Both the position numbers and the translations under genes were made by a program. A DNA stretch of 64,000 bases from an uncultured Flavobacteriales bacterium. GTDB lineage: Bacteria > Bacteroidota > Bacteroidia > Flavobacteriales > Flavobacteriaceae. A model generated the notes under the pieces. The model was given only the letters and a program-made list of their open reading frames with translations. It was not told the DNA's origin and did not search any database. The stretch lies in the NCBI GenBank assembly GCA_913020155.1, contig CAJWBA010000006.1, positions 5,015-69,014 of the forward strand, read 5' to 3'. This document shows positions 1 to 10,400 of the stretch, one piece after another (position 1 is the stretch's first letter; every line of letters starts with the position of its first letter).

Positions 1-764
1 TGGGGATGGGATATCAAGGTTTAACTTTAATGGGTCTCTATTTATTGGGTTTTGCAATGGCTCTATTGTCGGCTGGAATATTGAATAAAATGTTGAAGAT
101 TCAATCCAAAACCTATTTTGTAATAGAAATGCCCAACTACAAACTCCCGCTTCTAAAAAATATATTGATTACGGTTTTTGAAAAAACTAAATCCTTTGTT
201 GTTGAGGCAGGACGAATAATTCTTGCAATTTCGATTTTATTGTGGTTGATGGCCTCCTTTGGACCAGGGAAAGAATTTAATCAAGCAGAAGAAATAATAA
301 TGAGTAGATCAAAAGTTAAATCTTTTACTGCTGAGCAGCTGGAAAATGAAATAGCTTCTCACAAACTTGAACATTCTTTCATAGGAATTTTAGGAAAAAC
401 CATTGAACCTGCAATTGCTCCTTTGGGATTTGATTGGAAAATAGGGATAGCACTGATCAGTTCATTTGCAGCACGGGAAGTTTTTGTAGGAACCTTAGCT
501 ACCATTTACAGTGTAGGAAATGATCAGGAAGAAACTATCAAGAACCGAATGAAAGCAGAGCGCAAATCAGATGGATCTTTATTGTTTGATCTGCCCACGG
601 GGATTTCTTTGATGTTATTTTATGCCTTTGCATTGCAATGCATGAGCACCCTTGCAATTGTCAAAAAAGAAACCAACGGTTGGAAATGGCCCATGATTCA
701 ACTTTTGAGCATGACTCTAATTGCTTATCTTTCAGCTCTGATTGTTTATCAAATTTTGGTTTAA
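1..764 (+). CDS. feoB: Ferrous iron transporter B, C-terminal membrane part (5' end outside window)
   Basis: FVIEMPNYKLP, GFDWKIGIALISSFAAREVFVGTLATIY and LFYAFALQCMSTLAIVKKET are FeoB gate/C-terminal motifs. Confidence 0.93.
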   Translation, partial: GMGYQGLTLMGLYLLGFAMALLSAGILNKMLKIQSKTYFVIEMPNYKLPLLKNILITVFEKTKSFVVEAGRIILAISILLWLMASFGPGKEFNQAEEIIMSRSKVKSFTAEQLENEIASHKLEHSFIGILGKTIEPAIAPLGFDWKIGIALISSFAAREVFVGTLATIYSVGNDQEETIKNRMKAERKSDGSLLFDLPTGISLMLFYAFALQCMSTLAIVKKETNGWKWPMIQLLSMTLIAYLSALIVYQILV

Positions 765-886
765 TGGAAATCGTTCAAATTTTATTGGTAGCTGCATCTG
801 GAATTTTTTCAATTCGTTTTTTGTACAAAAAATTTCTTGCTCCAAAAAAGGATAAAGACTGTGGAACAGATTGTGGTTGTCACTAA
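764..886 (+). CDS. FeoB-associated Cys-rich small membrane protein (40 aa)
   Basis: ATG at 764 overlaps the feoB TAA (TAATG). MEIVQILLVAASGIFSIRFLYKKFLAPKKDKDCGTDCGCH has one TM helix plus a CGTDCGCH tail. Confidence 0.85.
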   Translation: MEIVQILLVAASGIFSIRFLYKKFLAPKKDKDCGTDCGCH

Positions 887-888
887 AA

Positions 889-2181
889 TTACTTTCTCAT
901 TAAATCCTCAATCTCTTCTGTTTCAATAGGAATATTCCCCATTAAATTGATTGGAACTCCTTGAGCCTGAACGACAACATCATCTTCAAGTCTAATTCCG
1001 ATACCTTCTTTGGGAATGTAAATTCCAGGCTCAACGGTAAAGACCATATTGGTTTCCATGGGTAAATGAAGCAATCCATAGTCGTGGGTATCCAGGCCAA
1101 TATGATGCGAGGTACCGTGCATAAAGTACTTTTTGTAAGCAGGATGATCAGAATCTTCATTTTGAATATCAGCCTTGTCAAGAAGACCTAAGTCCATTAG
1201 TTCTGAAGTCATCAATTTTCCAACCTCTTCATGATAATCTTTCCATTTTGTTCCTGGAATCAAAAGCTTGGTTGCTTCATTCTTTACTCGAAGAACAGCA
1301 TTGTAGATTGCTTTTTGCCTGTCGGTAAAAACACCAGAAACAGGAATTGTTCGAGTTAAGTCACTCGAGTAATTTCCATACTCTGCAGCTACATCCAAAA
1401 GAATAAGTTCCCCAGCTTTACACTGAGCTTTATTTTCGGTATAATGAAGTACATTGGCATTGTTACCCGTTGCAATTATGGGAGTGTAAGCAAAACCCTT
1501 GGAACGATTCCGAATAAATTCATGTATGAGTTCAGCTTCAATTTCATATTCCCATACCCCCGGTTTTACAAATTTCAATAAACGCCGGAACCCTTTTTCT
1601 GTAATATCACATGCTTTCTGCATTTGATCAATTTCCTCCGCTGCTTTTATGGATCTTAACTTTTGTAAAATAGGATTACTTTTGGCTACTCCATGAGCGG
1701 GGTATCGATCTTTGCACTTTTTAATAAAACGATCCTCTTTAGTCTCATTTTCAACGGCTTGTCGGTAATGTTCGTTTGTGTTAAAATAAAAAGTATCATT
1801 GAAGGCACTCAGCTGATTTAAAACGCTATGAAATTCTTGAATCCAAAAGACGGTTTGAATTCCAGAACGCTCTGTTGCCTGACTTTTAGTTAGTTTTGAC
1901 CCTTCCCATACAGCAATATGATCATTGGTTTCACGAACAAAAAGAATTTCTCTCATTACAGGATCTTGTGCGTCTGGAAAAAGAAGTAAAACGGTTTCTT
2001 CTTGATCAACTCCTGTTAAATAAAAAAGATCACGGTGCTGTTCAAATGGCAAAACAGAATCAGCACTCACAGGATAGATATCATTCGAGTTAAAAACAGC
2101 AATGCTTTTGGGTTTCATAGAATTCATGAATGCATTACGACTATGAACATAAAAAGAAGATGGTAAAGGTTGATATCGCAT
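889..2181 (-). CDS. Xaa-Pro aminopeptidase (aminopeptidase P, M24B)
   Basis: Metal-ligand motifs LLDVAAEYGNYSSDLTRT, HGTSHHIGLDTHD, TVEPGIY, GIRLEDD. Start trimmed to MRYQPL. Confidence 0.92.
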   Translation of the reverse strand: MRYQPLPSSFYVHSRNAFMNSMKPKSIAVFNSNDIYPVSADSVLPFEQHRDLFYLTGVDQEETVLLLFPDAQDPVMREILFVRETNDHIAVWEGSKLTKSQATERSGIQTVFWIQEFHSVLNQLSAFNDTFYFNTNEHYRQAVENETKEDRFIKKCKDRYPAHGVAKSNPILQKLRSIKAAEEIDQMQKACDITEKGFRRLLKFVKPGVWEYEIEAELIHEFIRNRSKGFAYTPIIATGNNANVLHYTENKAQCKAGELILLDVAAEYGNYSSDLTRTIPVSGVFTDRQKAIYNAVLRVKNEATKLLIPGTKWKDYHEEVGKLMTSELMDLGLLDKADIQNEDSDHPAYKKYFMHGTSHHIGLDTHDYGLLHLPMETNMVFTVEPGIYIPKEGIGIRLEDDVVVQAQGVPINLMGNIPIETEEIEDLMRK

Positions 2182-2302
2182 AATCCCTATTTTATTTAAA
2201 GTAAATATATGAATTTGTCCATCAATCACTTTTAGTTATTTCTTTTTCTTCAATCGTATTTTTTTGTACTTTAAACAACCAAAAATAAAACCATAAAAAA
2301 TT

Positions 2303-5101
2303 ATGAAAACGTTCCATTTCACCATAATGTTTTGTACCCTAATGGTCTTAGGTGCTCAGACCAAGTCCAGTAAAAGCTCAATTGTACAAAACATTCCTTT
2401 TGAAAATATTGGACCAAAGGTAATGAGTGGTAGGGTAGTAGCACTGGAGGTCAATCCAAATGAACCTAAAGAGTTTTATGCCGCCTATGCATCTGGAGGA
2501 ATATGGCATACCGTAGATAATGGAATTAGTTTCAAATCAATAACCGACAATGCACCAACACAAAATATAGGTGAAATCGCAATGCACTGGCCAACCCGAA
2601 CCCTATGGGTAGGGACAGGAGAAAATAATTCTTCCCGGTCATCCTATGCAGGAATAGGAATGCTCAAAACTAGCGATAACGGTAAAACGTGGGAGATAAA
2701 AGGATTAGAGGATAGTCATCATATTGGAAAAATTTTAATTAACCCAACTAATCCAGAGGAGTTAGTTGTTGGGGTAACAGGACATTTGTATACCCCAAAT
2801 ACGGAGCGAGGGGTTTACCGCACCGAAGATGGTGGAAAATCTTGGGAGCAAGTTTTATTTATAAGTGATATCTCAGGAATCATAGATATGAGTATGGTAC
2901 CAGGAGATTTTAACGTTCAATATGCTGCTGCTTGGGAAAAAGACAGAAAAGCATGGAACTTCAAAGGCAGTGGGGAGTCATCTGGAATTTATAAAAGTAC
3001 GGATGCTGGAAAAACATGGAGTTTAATTTCAACTGCAATTAGTGGTTTTCCAACGGGTGAAGGTGTTGGTAGAATAGGACTGACGGTTTACGATAAAAAT
3101 ACGATTTATGCCATTCACGATTCTCAATTCAGACGTATCGAGGAAGCAAAAGAAAAGCCAAAAGGACTTTCGAAAAATGAGTTTAAGAAAATGACTAAAG
3201 AGGTATTTTTGGCTCTGGAAGATAAAGCTTTAGACCTCTTTTTAAAAGAAAATAATTTTCAAGAAAAATATCGTGCAGTAAACCTTAAAAACAGTGTTCG
3301 AAATGGTTTGGTAACCCCCAAAGATTTAGCAACCTATTTAGATGATGCCAATACAATGTTGTTTGATACTCCAGTAGTCGGAGCTGAGGTTTTTAAAAGT
3401 ACAGACGGAGGATCATCGTGGACCAAAACCCACAAGGGGTTTATTGATGACCTTTACTACAGTTACGGATATTATTTTGGACACATTAATGTATCTCCCA
3501 AGGATTCCGATAAAATTTATATTTATGGAGTACCCTTATTAACCTCAAACGATGGAGGAGAAAATTTTAAAGCAATTGGAAAACCAAATGTTCATTCTGA
3601 CCACCACGCACTCTGGATCAATCCAGATAACCCCGGTCATTTAATAAACGGAAATGACGGTGGAGTAAATATCACCTATGATGATGGGGAACATTGGATG
3701 AAAAATAATTCCACAGCAGTTGGACAATTTTATGCAATTAATATTGATTATGAAAAACCCTACAATGTGTATGGTGGACTGCAAGACAATGGTGTTTGGA
3801 AAGGAGCGCATAATTCACGTGATGACGAGCGCTGGCAAGCTTCTGGGCATAATACATGGACTTCGATTATGGGAGGAGATGGGATGCAAATTCAAATTGA
3901 CAAAAGAAACAGTAATGTTGTTTATACAGGATATCAATTTGGAAATTACTTTCGTTTAGATCTTGAAAAGGAAAAAAGAACCTACATTCAACCCAAACAC
4001 GAGTTGGGAGAATCTCCCTATCGCTTCAATTGGCAAACACCAATTTTATTATCTCATCATAATCAGGACATCCTCTATTTAGGGGGAAACAAACTTCACA
4101 GATCAATGAATCAAGGAGATGATTGGGAAGCCATTTCCGAAGATTTGACTCAGGGGGGTAAGAAAGGAAATGTTGCTTTTGGAACTCTCACCACAATTGC
4201 AGAATCACCATTTAAATTTGGTTTTTTGTATACTGGTAGTGATGATGGAATTGTTTCGCGATCCGAAGACGGTGGTGTAAGTTGGAGTCGTATTTCAAAT
4301 CAATTGCCACAAAACTTATGGGTAAGCAGAGTAATCGCATCCAAGCACGACAAAAATCGTGTTTATCTTTCCCTAAATGGTTATCGTAACGATGATTTTA
4401 AACCCTATGTTTACAAGAGTGATGACAAAGGAAAAACGTGGAATCAAATTACCTCGAACCTACCAGATAGGCCTGTAAATGTTATTCGAGAAGATCCTAT
4501 CAATAGCCAAATACTCTATTTGGGAACCGACAATTCTGTCCATGTATCTTTTGATCAAGGTAAAGAATGGATGCCTTTTGAAAGCGGATTAACCAATGCA
4601 GCAGTTCATGACTTAGTAATTCAACCTCAGACAAATCACCTCTTGGTTGGAACTCATGGGCGATCCATTTACAAGGCAGATTTGACGGCATTTCAACAAG
4701 TCGATAAAACCTTTTTAAAGGAAGGTTTGGTTTTGTTGGATCCAAAAGAAATCAAACACTCCATGCGATGGGGAAGTAGTTATTCAACTTGGAGAGACAT
4801 CTATGAACCCGAAGTGATTTTTACAGTCTATGCAGTCAAATCAGGGAGTTATGAAATGCAAATACAAAACTCAAAGGGGCTTATACTTTTCTCAAGAAAA
4901 GGAATGCTAGATAAAGGATTTAATCTTATTAATTACACCCTTGAAAAAGATGTAAACGGGATTACTCGTTTTAACAAAAGAAATAAAAAATCACCCTCAA
5001 AGCCTGCTAAAAATGGGAAGCACTATCTTGAAAGGAACACATACAGTGTCTTATTTATCAAAGGAACGCTCAAAAGCAAAAAAGACCTACATATTAAATA
5101 A
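2303..5101 (+). CDS. Secreted BNR/Asp-box repeat (VPS10/sortilin-like) beta-propeller protein, often annotated glycosyl hydrolase
   Basis: Signal peptide and many SxDGGxTW repeats (TSDNGKTW, TEDGGKSW, STDAGKTW, STDGGSSW, SEDGGVSW, SDDKGKTW), plus HSDHHALWINP and GTHGRS. Confidence 0.85.
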   Translation: MKTFHFTIMFCTLMVLGAQTKSSKSSIVQNIPFENIGPKVMSGRVVALEVNPNEPKEFYAAYASGGIWHTVDNGISFKSITDNAPTQNIGEIAMHWPTRTLWVGTGENNSSRSSYAGIGMLKTSDNGKTWEIKGLEDSHHIGKILINPTNPEELVVGVTGHLYTPNTERGVYRTEDGGKSWEQVLFISDISGIIDMSMVPGDFNVQYAAAWEKDRKAWNFKGSGESSGIYKSTDAGKTWSLISTAISGFPTGEGVGRIGLTVYDKNTIYAIHDSQFRRIEEAKEKPKGLSKNEFKKMTKEVFLALEDKALDLFLKENNFQEKYRAVNLKNSVRNGLVTPKDLATYLDDANTMLFDTPVVGAEVFKSTDGGSSWTKTHKGFIDDLYYSYGYYFGHINVSPKDSDKIYIYGVPLLTSNDGGENFKAIGKPNVHSDHHALWINPDNPGHLINGNDGGVNITYDDGEHWMKNNSTAVGQFYAINIDYEKPYNVYGGLQDNGVWKGAHNSRDDERWQASGHNTWTSIMGGDGMQIQIDKRNSNVVYTGYQFGNYFRLDLEKEKRTYIQPKHELGESPYRFNWQTPILLSHHNQDILYLGGNKLHRSMNQGDDWEAISEDLTQGGKKGNVAFGTLTTIAESPFKFGFLYTGSDDGIVSRSEDGGVSWSRISNQLPQNLWVSRVIASKHDKNRVYLSLNGYRNDDFKPYVYKSDDKGKTWNQITSNLPDRPVNVIREDPINSQILYLGTDNSVHVSFDQGKEWMPFESGLTNAAVHDLVIQPQTNHLLVGTHGRSIYKADLTAFQQVDKTFLKEGLVLLDPKEIKHSMRWGSSYSTWRDIYEPEVIFTVYAVKSGSYEMQIQNSKGLILFSRKGMLDKGFNLINYTLEKDVNGITRFNKRNKKSPSKPAKNGKHYLERNTYSVLFIKGTLKSKKDLHIK

Positions 5102-5990
5102 GCCGTTTAGATTTGAAGGTTTTTTTCTGGTAATATTGTTTTTAGGCTTTTTAAATACCGTCTTTGCACAAAACGAGAAATCAAAAGATAGTCTTTGGAT
5201 AAAAGAAAGGAAAATAGGGGTTTTGGCTAATCAAGTAAATTTTCGGGAATGGCTTGGTGGAGGTACCAATAGCTTCAATGGAATTGTAAATCTTGATTAC
5301 AAGATATACCGAAAGCAAAATCAATGGGATTGGACAATAATCTTGGATGCTTCATTAGGTTTTGCAAAAACAGAGTCTTCTGATTTCTATAAAAAAACAG
5401 TCGATCATTTTGAAATCAATTCTGTGTTGGTTCGTGTAGGAGAAAATCCCTGGGGTTTTTCTTCATCCATAAACTTAAAGTCTCAGTGGATTGCTGGTTA
5501 TAACTTTTCTGAAGGAAGTTCGGGTGAAGAAATAAGGACTAAGATAACAGATTTTTTATCTCCCCTTTATACACGTTTTGGATTGGGATTTACCTACAAA
5601 AAATCAAAATTTTTTAGTCTCCAAATTGAACCCTTAACGGGTCGATTAATTTACGTTTCAGATCAATTCACCAAAGACCTAACTCCAGGCGAAACCTATT
5701 TTGGAGTCAAAACCAATCGTCAAACACGATGGGAAGTAGGTTTATCATTTTCGACTCAGGGAGAGTGGCCCTTGCTTCCAAATGTAATCCTGCGCAATAA
5801 ATTTAATCTCATTTCTAACTATCTGGAGGAGTTTAAGAATTTTGATTTTGACTACACAATGACAATTGATATGAAAATAAACAACTATCTATCAACCCAA
5901 CTAGAAATTCAACTCGTGTATGATGATAACGCAATTGCAAAAATGCAATCCCGACAAGTTTTCGGCGTTAGCGTTGGGTTCTCTTTTTAA
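5013..5990 (+). CDS. DUF3078-family outer-membrane beta-barrel-like protein (start uncertain)
   Basis: NQVNFREWLGGG, FLSPLY..FGLG and LVYDDN motifs, terminal Phe. The signal-peptide-like stretch begins ~5120, so the true start is unclear. Confidence 0.75.
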   Translation: MGSTILKGTHTVSYLSKERSKAKKTYILNKPFRFEGFFLVILFLGFLNTVFAQNEKSKDSLWIKERKIGVLANQVNFREWLGGGTNSFNGIVNLDYKIYRKQNQWDWTIILDASLGFAKTESSDFYKKTVDHFEINSVLVRVGENPWGFSSSINLKSQWIAGYNFSEGSSGEEIRTKITDFLSPLYTRFGLGFTYKKSKFFSLQIEPLTGRLIYVSDQFTKDLTPGETYFGVKTNRQTRWEVGLSFSTQGEWPLLPNVILRNKFNLISNYLEEFKNFDFDYTMTIDMKINNYLSTQLEIQLVYDDNAIAKMQSRQVFGVSVGFSF

Positions 5991-6124
5991 TTTTTCGTTG
6001 AACGTTTAGAGGAATAATTGCTTATCTTCTTTCAAAAAAGCAAAACAGTTTATCTTGATTTTAAGAAGACGGGTTTGCAACTTAAAAAAACGGTGCAGAT
6101 ATTTTATTTCGAAATCCTTTTAAC

Positions 6125-6132
6125 TAAATTTG
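6125..6132 (+). promoter_or_regulatory. Bacteroidota sigma70 -7 element (TAAATTTG) for sdhCAB
   Basis: Exact TAnnTTTG match ending 19 nt before the sdhC ATG. Confidence 0.6.
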
Positions 6133-6151
6133 TAAATCTAAATAAAAATTA

Positions 6152-6811
6152 ATGAGCGGATTAATCAAGTCATCTTTAGCAAGAAAATATGCGATGGCAC
6201 TTTCAGGATTATTTTTGATTGTGTTTCTATTACAACATTTCACTATCAACTTTATTTCAGTTTTTAGCGAAGAAGTATTCAATCAAGTTTCTCATTTTAT
6301 GGGAAACAATCCCGCAGTACAATTTTTACTTCAGCCTATACTTATTTTTGGAGTTCTCTTTCATTTCACAATGGGATTTGTTTTGGAATATCAAAATAGA
6401 AATTCTAGATCTCAGAATTATGCTGAAAATAAAGGCTTTGCAAATTCTTCATGGATGTCCAGAAATATGATCTGGTCAGGAGCAGTAGTGCTTTCGTTTT
6501 TAGGACTTCATTTTTATGACTTTTGGTTCCCTGAGATGAATTACAAATACATAGAGGTTCTCCCAGAAGACCCCAATCGATACTTTGAAGAAATGGTCCA
6601 TAAATTTGTAAGTCCATTTCGTGTTGGGTTTTATGCTGTTTCATTTGTGTTTTTGATGCTGCATTTATTACATGGGTTTAGCTCCTCATTCCAGTCAGTT
6701 GGACTGAACAATAAATACACCAAAGGATTAAAATCATTTACAATTGCTTTTTCTATTTTGATTCCTGTAGGATTCATTTACATAGCATTTTTTCACCATT
6801 TAAACGCATAA
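6152..6811 (+). CDS. sdhC: Succinate dehydrogenase/fumarate reductase cytochrome b subunit
   Basis: Five TM helices with haem His residues (LLQHF, LFHF, LHFYDF, LHLLHGF); directly upstream of the flavoprotein gene. Confidence 0.93.
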   Translation: MSGLIKSSLARKYAMALSGLFLIVFLLQHFTINFISVFSEEVFNQVSHFMGNNPAVQFLLQPILIFGVLFHFTMGFVLEYQNRNSRSQNYAENKGFANSSWMSRNMIWSGAVVLSFLGLHFYDFWFPEMNYKYIEVLPEDPNRYFEEMVHKFVSPFRVGFYAVSFVFLMLHLLHGFSSSFQSVGLNNKYTKGLKSFTIAFSILIPVGFIYIAFFHHLNA

Positions 6812-6815
6812 CACT

Positions 6816-8819
6816 ATGACGAATTTAGATTCTAAAATACCCAAGGGTCCTTTATCAGATAAGTGGACCAATCACAAGAGTCATATCAATTTGGTGAGCC
6901 CAGCAAATAAACGTCTCATAGATGTTATTGTTGTAGGAACAGGATTAGCTGGAGCCTCGGCAGCAGCTACCTTAGCTGAATTAGGGTACAATGTAAAAGC
7001 ATTTTGTTTTCAAGATTCACCAAGAAGAGCTCATTCAATAGCAGCTCAAGGAGGAATCAATGCTGCAAAAAATTATCAAGGAGATGGGGATTCAACCTAT
7101 CGCTTGTTTTATGACACAATCAAGGGAGGAGATTACCGTTCCCGAGAGGCTAACGTACATCGTTTGGCTGAGGTTTCTACAAATATTATCGACCAGTGTG
7201 TAGCTCAAGGAGTTCCTTTTGCACGTGATTATGGAGGCTTGTTGGATAATCGTTCTTTCGGAGGAGTTCTGGTATCAAGAACCTTTTATGCAAAAGGTCA
7301 AACAGGACAACAATTATTGTTAGGAGCTTACTCGGCCATGAACCGCCAAATTGGTCGTGGAAAAATCAAGATTTATAACCGTCATGAAATGATGGATTTG
7401 GTTTTGGTAGACGGTAAAGCTCGTGGAATTATTGCTAGAAACCTCGTAACAGGCCAGATAGAACGCCATGGAGCACATGCAGTAGTTGTTGCTTCGGGAG
7501 GATATGGAAATATATTTTTCCTTTCTACAAATGCAATGGGAAGTAATGTTTCTGCAGGGTGGAAAATCCACCAAAAAGGAGCCCATTTTGCCAATCCTTG
7601 TTTTACACAAATTCACCCAACTTGTATTCCCGTTTCCGGAGATCATCAGTCCAAACTAACGTTGATGTCAGAGTCTCTTAGAAATGATGGACGCATTTGG
7701 GTTCCCAAAAACATGGAAGACGTTCAGGGCATTCGTGAAGGAAAATTAAAACCAACAGATCTCAAAGAAGAAGATCGCGATTACTACCTAGAACGCCGTT
7801 ATCCAGCTTTTGGAAATTTAGTTCCAAGGGATGTTGCATCACGTGCTGCAAAAGAACGTTGTGATGCTGGTTTTGGAGTAAATAAAACAGGTGAAGCTGT
7901 GTATTTAGATTTTGTAGCAGCAATTACCCGTTACGGAAAAGAACAAGCACATGTCAAAGGCTTGGATGAAGACGACACTGTATTAGTTAAAAAACTAGGA
8001 CAAGAAGTGGTTCGTTCGAAATATGGAAACCTATTCCAGATGTATGAGAAAATCGTAGACCAAAACCCTTATGAAATGCCCATGATGATCTATCCAGCGG
8101 TACATTACACCATGGGAGGTGTATGGGTAGATTACAATTTGATGACTTCCATCCCCGGTTGCTATGCCATCGGAGAAGCAAACTTTTCAGATCATGGAGC
8201 AAACAGGCTTGGTGCATCTGCTTTGATGCAAGGACTAGCCGATGGATATTTTGTTTTACCCTACACAATTGGGGATTATCTATCAAATGACATTCGAACA
8301 GGACCAATATCAACAGACGCTCCAGAATTTGATGCTGCTGAAAAAACAGTAAAAGATAAAATTCATTTGTTCTTAACAAACAAAGGCAAAAATTCGGTGG
8401 ATCATTACCACAAGAAGTTAGGTAAAATCATGTGGGACAAGTGTGGAATGTCAAGAAACGCTAAAGGGTTGAAAGAAGCAATGGCAGAAATCAAAGCACT
8501 TAGAGAAGACTTTTACAAAAATGTAAATGTTCCAGGAACAGATTCTGAATTTAATGAGCAACTAGCAAAAGCTGGACGAGTATCAGACTTCCTTGAGTTG
8601 GGAGAATTGTTTGCCAAGGATGCTTTAGAGCGCTTAGAATCTTGTGGAGGTCATTTTCGCGAAGAATCCCAAACTCCTGAGGGAGAAGCCATGCGAGATG
8701 ATCAAAACTTCACCTTTGTTTCTGCATGGGAATACAAAGGAGAACCTGCTGATGCAGTTTTGCACAAAGAAGAATTGAATTACGAAGAAATTGAAGTAAA
8801 AACGCGTTCATACAAATAG
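6816..8819 (+). CDS. sdhA: Succinate dehydrogenase/fumarate reductase flavoprotein subunit
   Basis: GTGLAG FAD motif, [31 protein letters not shown]. Confidence 0.96.
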   Translation: MTNLDSKIPKGPLSDKWTNHKSHINLVSPANKRLIDVIVVGTGLAGASAAATLAELGYNVKAFCFQDSPRRAHSIAAQGGINAAKNYQGDGDSTYRLFYDTIKGGDYRSREANVHRLAEVSTNIIDQCVAQGVPFARDYGGLLDNRSFGGVLVSRTFYAKGQTGQQLLLGAYSAMNRQIGRGKIKIYNRHEMMDLVLVDGKARGIIARNLVTGQIERHGAHAVVVASGGYGNIFFLSTNAMGSNVSAGWKIHQKGAHFANPCFTQIHPTCIPVSGDHQSKLTLMSESLRNDGRIWVPKNMEDVQGIREGKLKPTDLKEEDRDYYLERRYPAFGNLVPRDVASRAAKERCDAGFGVNKTGEAVYLDFVAAITRYGKEQAHVKGLDEDDTVLVKKLGQEVVRSKYGNLFQMYEKIVDQNPYEMPMMIYPAVHYTMGGVWVDYNLMTSIPGCYAIGEANFSDHGANRLGASALMQGLADGYFVLPYTIGDYLSNDIRTGPISTDAPEFDAAEKTVKDKIHLFLTNKGKNSVDHYHKKLGKIMWDKCGMSRNAKGLKEAMAEIKALREDFYKNVNVPGTDSEFNEQLAKAGRVSDFLELGELFAKDALERLESCGGHFREESQTPEGEAMRDDQNFTFVSAWEYKGEPADAVLHKEELNYEEIEVKTRSYK

Positions 8820-8823
8820 AACT

Positions 8824-9570
8824 ATGAATTTGAATCTAAAAATTTGGCGACAAGCCAATACAACTGCCCAAGGTAAAATGGAAACTTATCCGATTGAAAA
8901 TGTTTCACCGGACATGTCCTTCCTGGAAATGATGGATGTTCTCAATGAACAATTAATAAACAAAGGAATTGATCCAGTTGCATTTGATCACGACTGTCGA
9001 GAAGGAATTTGTGGAATGTGCTCCATGTACATCAACGGAGAAGCCCATGGCCCCGACCGTTTAGTCACCACTTGTCAGTTACATATGCGAAAGTTCAAAG
9101 ATGGAGAAACCATAACAATTGAACCCTTTAGAGCGAACGCATTTCCTGTAGTAAAAGATTTAGCAGTTGACCGATCAGCATTTGATCGTATTCAGCACGC
9201 AGGTGGTTTTGTAAGTGTCAACACCTCTGGAAACACTCAAGATGCTAACGCTATTCCAATCAACAAGCACGATGCGGATAACGCCTTTGACGCTGCAACC
9301 TGTATTGGTTGTGGTGCCTGTGTAGCCAGCTGTAAAAATGCCTCTGCAATGCTGTTCGTTTCTGCCAAAGTTTCGCAATATGCTCTACTTCCTCAAGGAA
9401 AGGTAGAAGCTGCCGATCGAGTGTTGAACATGGTAAAACAAATGGATGAAGAAGGCTTTGGAAATTGCACCAATACAGGTGCCTGTGAAGTAGAATGCCC
9501 TAAAGGTATTTCTTTAGAAAACATTGCTCGTATGAATCGAGAATATTTGGCTGCATCAGCTAAAGGATAG
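8824..9570 (+). CDS. sdhB: Succinate dehydrogenase/fumarate reductase iron-sulfur subunit
   Basis: [20 protein letters not shown] and [13 protein letters not shown] Fe-S motifs. Confidence 0.96.
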   Translation: MNLNLKIWRQANTTAQGKMETYPIENVSPDMSFLEMMDVLNEQLINKGIDPVAFDHDCREGICGMCSMYINGEAHGPDRLVTTCQLHMRKFKDGETITIEPFRANAFPVVKDLAVDRSAFDRIQHAGGFVSVNTSGNTQDANAIPINKHDADNAFDAATCIGCGACVASCKNASAMLFVSAKVSQYALLPQGKVEAADRVLNMVKQMDEEGFGNCTNTGACEVECPKGISLENIARMNREYLAASAKG

Positions 9571-9604
9571 TAGCTCATGATTGAATAAAAGTAAAAAAAT
9601 ATTT

Positions 9605-10355
9605 ATGGAACCCAAAATCACTGAATTTGCTGTTGGAGTTCTTTCAACAAGTTTAGCCCGGTATTTTCTGGTTGCGGGATTTTTCTTGATCATTTTCTAT
9701 GTTTTTTTGTAAAAAATAGTGCCCAAAAAAAATTTAAAATCGGTTTCCAAAAAATCAAGATTATTACAGAGAAATAGGGTATTCTTTGTCGAGTTTATTG
9801 ATTTTTATGCTGGTGGCCCTATTGGTCACTCGTTCTCCGTTAGGTGAATTTGATCTTCGTTATGAAAGCATAGAATCGCATGGGATGGGCTATTGGTTTT
9901 TGAGTGTTCTTTTAATGATTTTGATGCACGATACTTATTTTTACTGGACACATTGCGCAATGCATCATCCAAAAATTTACAGACTGTTTCACGAAGTGCA
10001 CCACAAATCGACCAATCCTTCTAGATGGGCAGCTTTTGCATTTCACCCCCTAGAAGGGATTGTTGAAGCAGGAATTATTTTTCCGATCATTTATATAATT
10101 CCATACCACCTATCGGTATTATTTGTATTCCTAGTTTTTATGACTTTATACAATGTTTATGGACATTTAGGGTATGAATTATATCCCAAAAGGTTCAATA
10201 AAAACTTTATTGGAAGATGGCTTAACACTTCGGTTTCTCATAATACTCACCACTCAAAATTCAATGGAAATTATGGGTTGTATTTTTTATTTTGGGATCG
10301 TTGGATGCGCACACTGCGAGAAGATTATGACACCAACTTCGTAGAGGTCGACTAG
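9605..10355 (+). pseudogene. Sterol desaturase/fatty-acid hydroxylase family gene, disrupted near the 5' end
   Basis: ATG 9605 gives MEPKITEF..ARYFLVAGFFLIIFYVFL then TAA (9710). A shifted frame gives KI*NRFPKNQDYYREIGYSLSS (TAA 9735) leading into the ORF with His boxes HCAMHH, HEVHH, HNTHH. Confidence 0.75.
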
Positions 10356-10400
10356 ATACGCAGAGATGCTGAAAGCAGTTAAAAAACATTTAAACATCAA

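Noticed and set aside
6123-6145. Second Fur-like box upstream of sdhC
   Set aside because: Only the right half-site TCTAAATAA is present; the left arm does not match.
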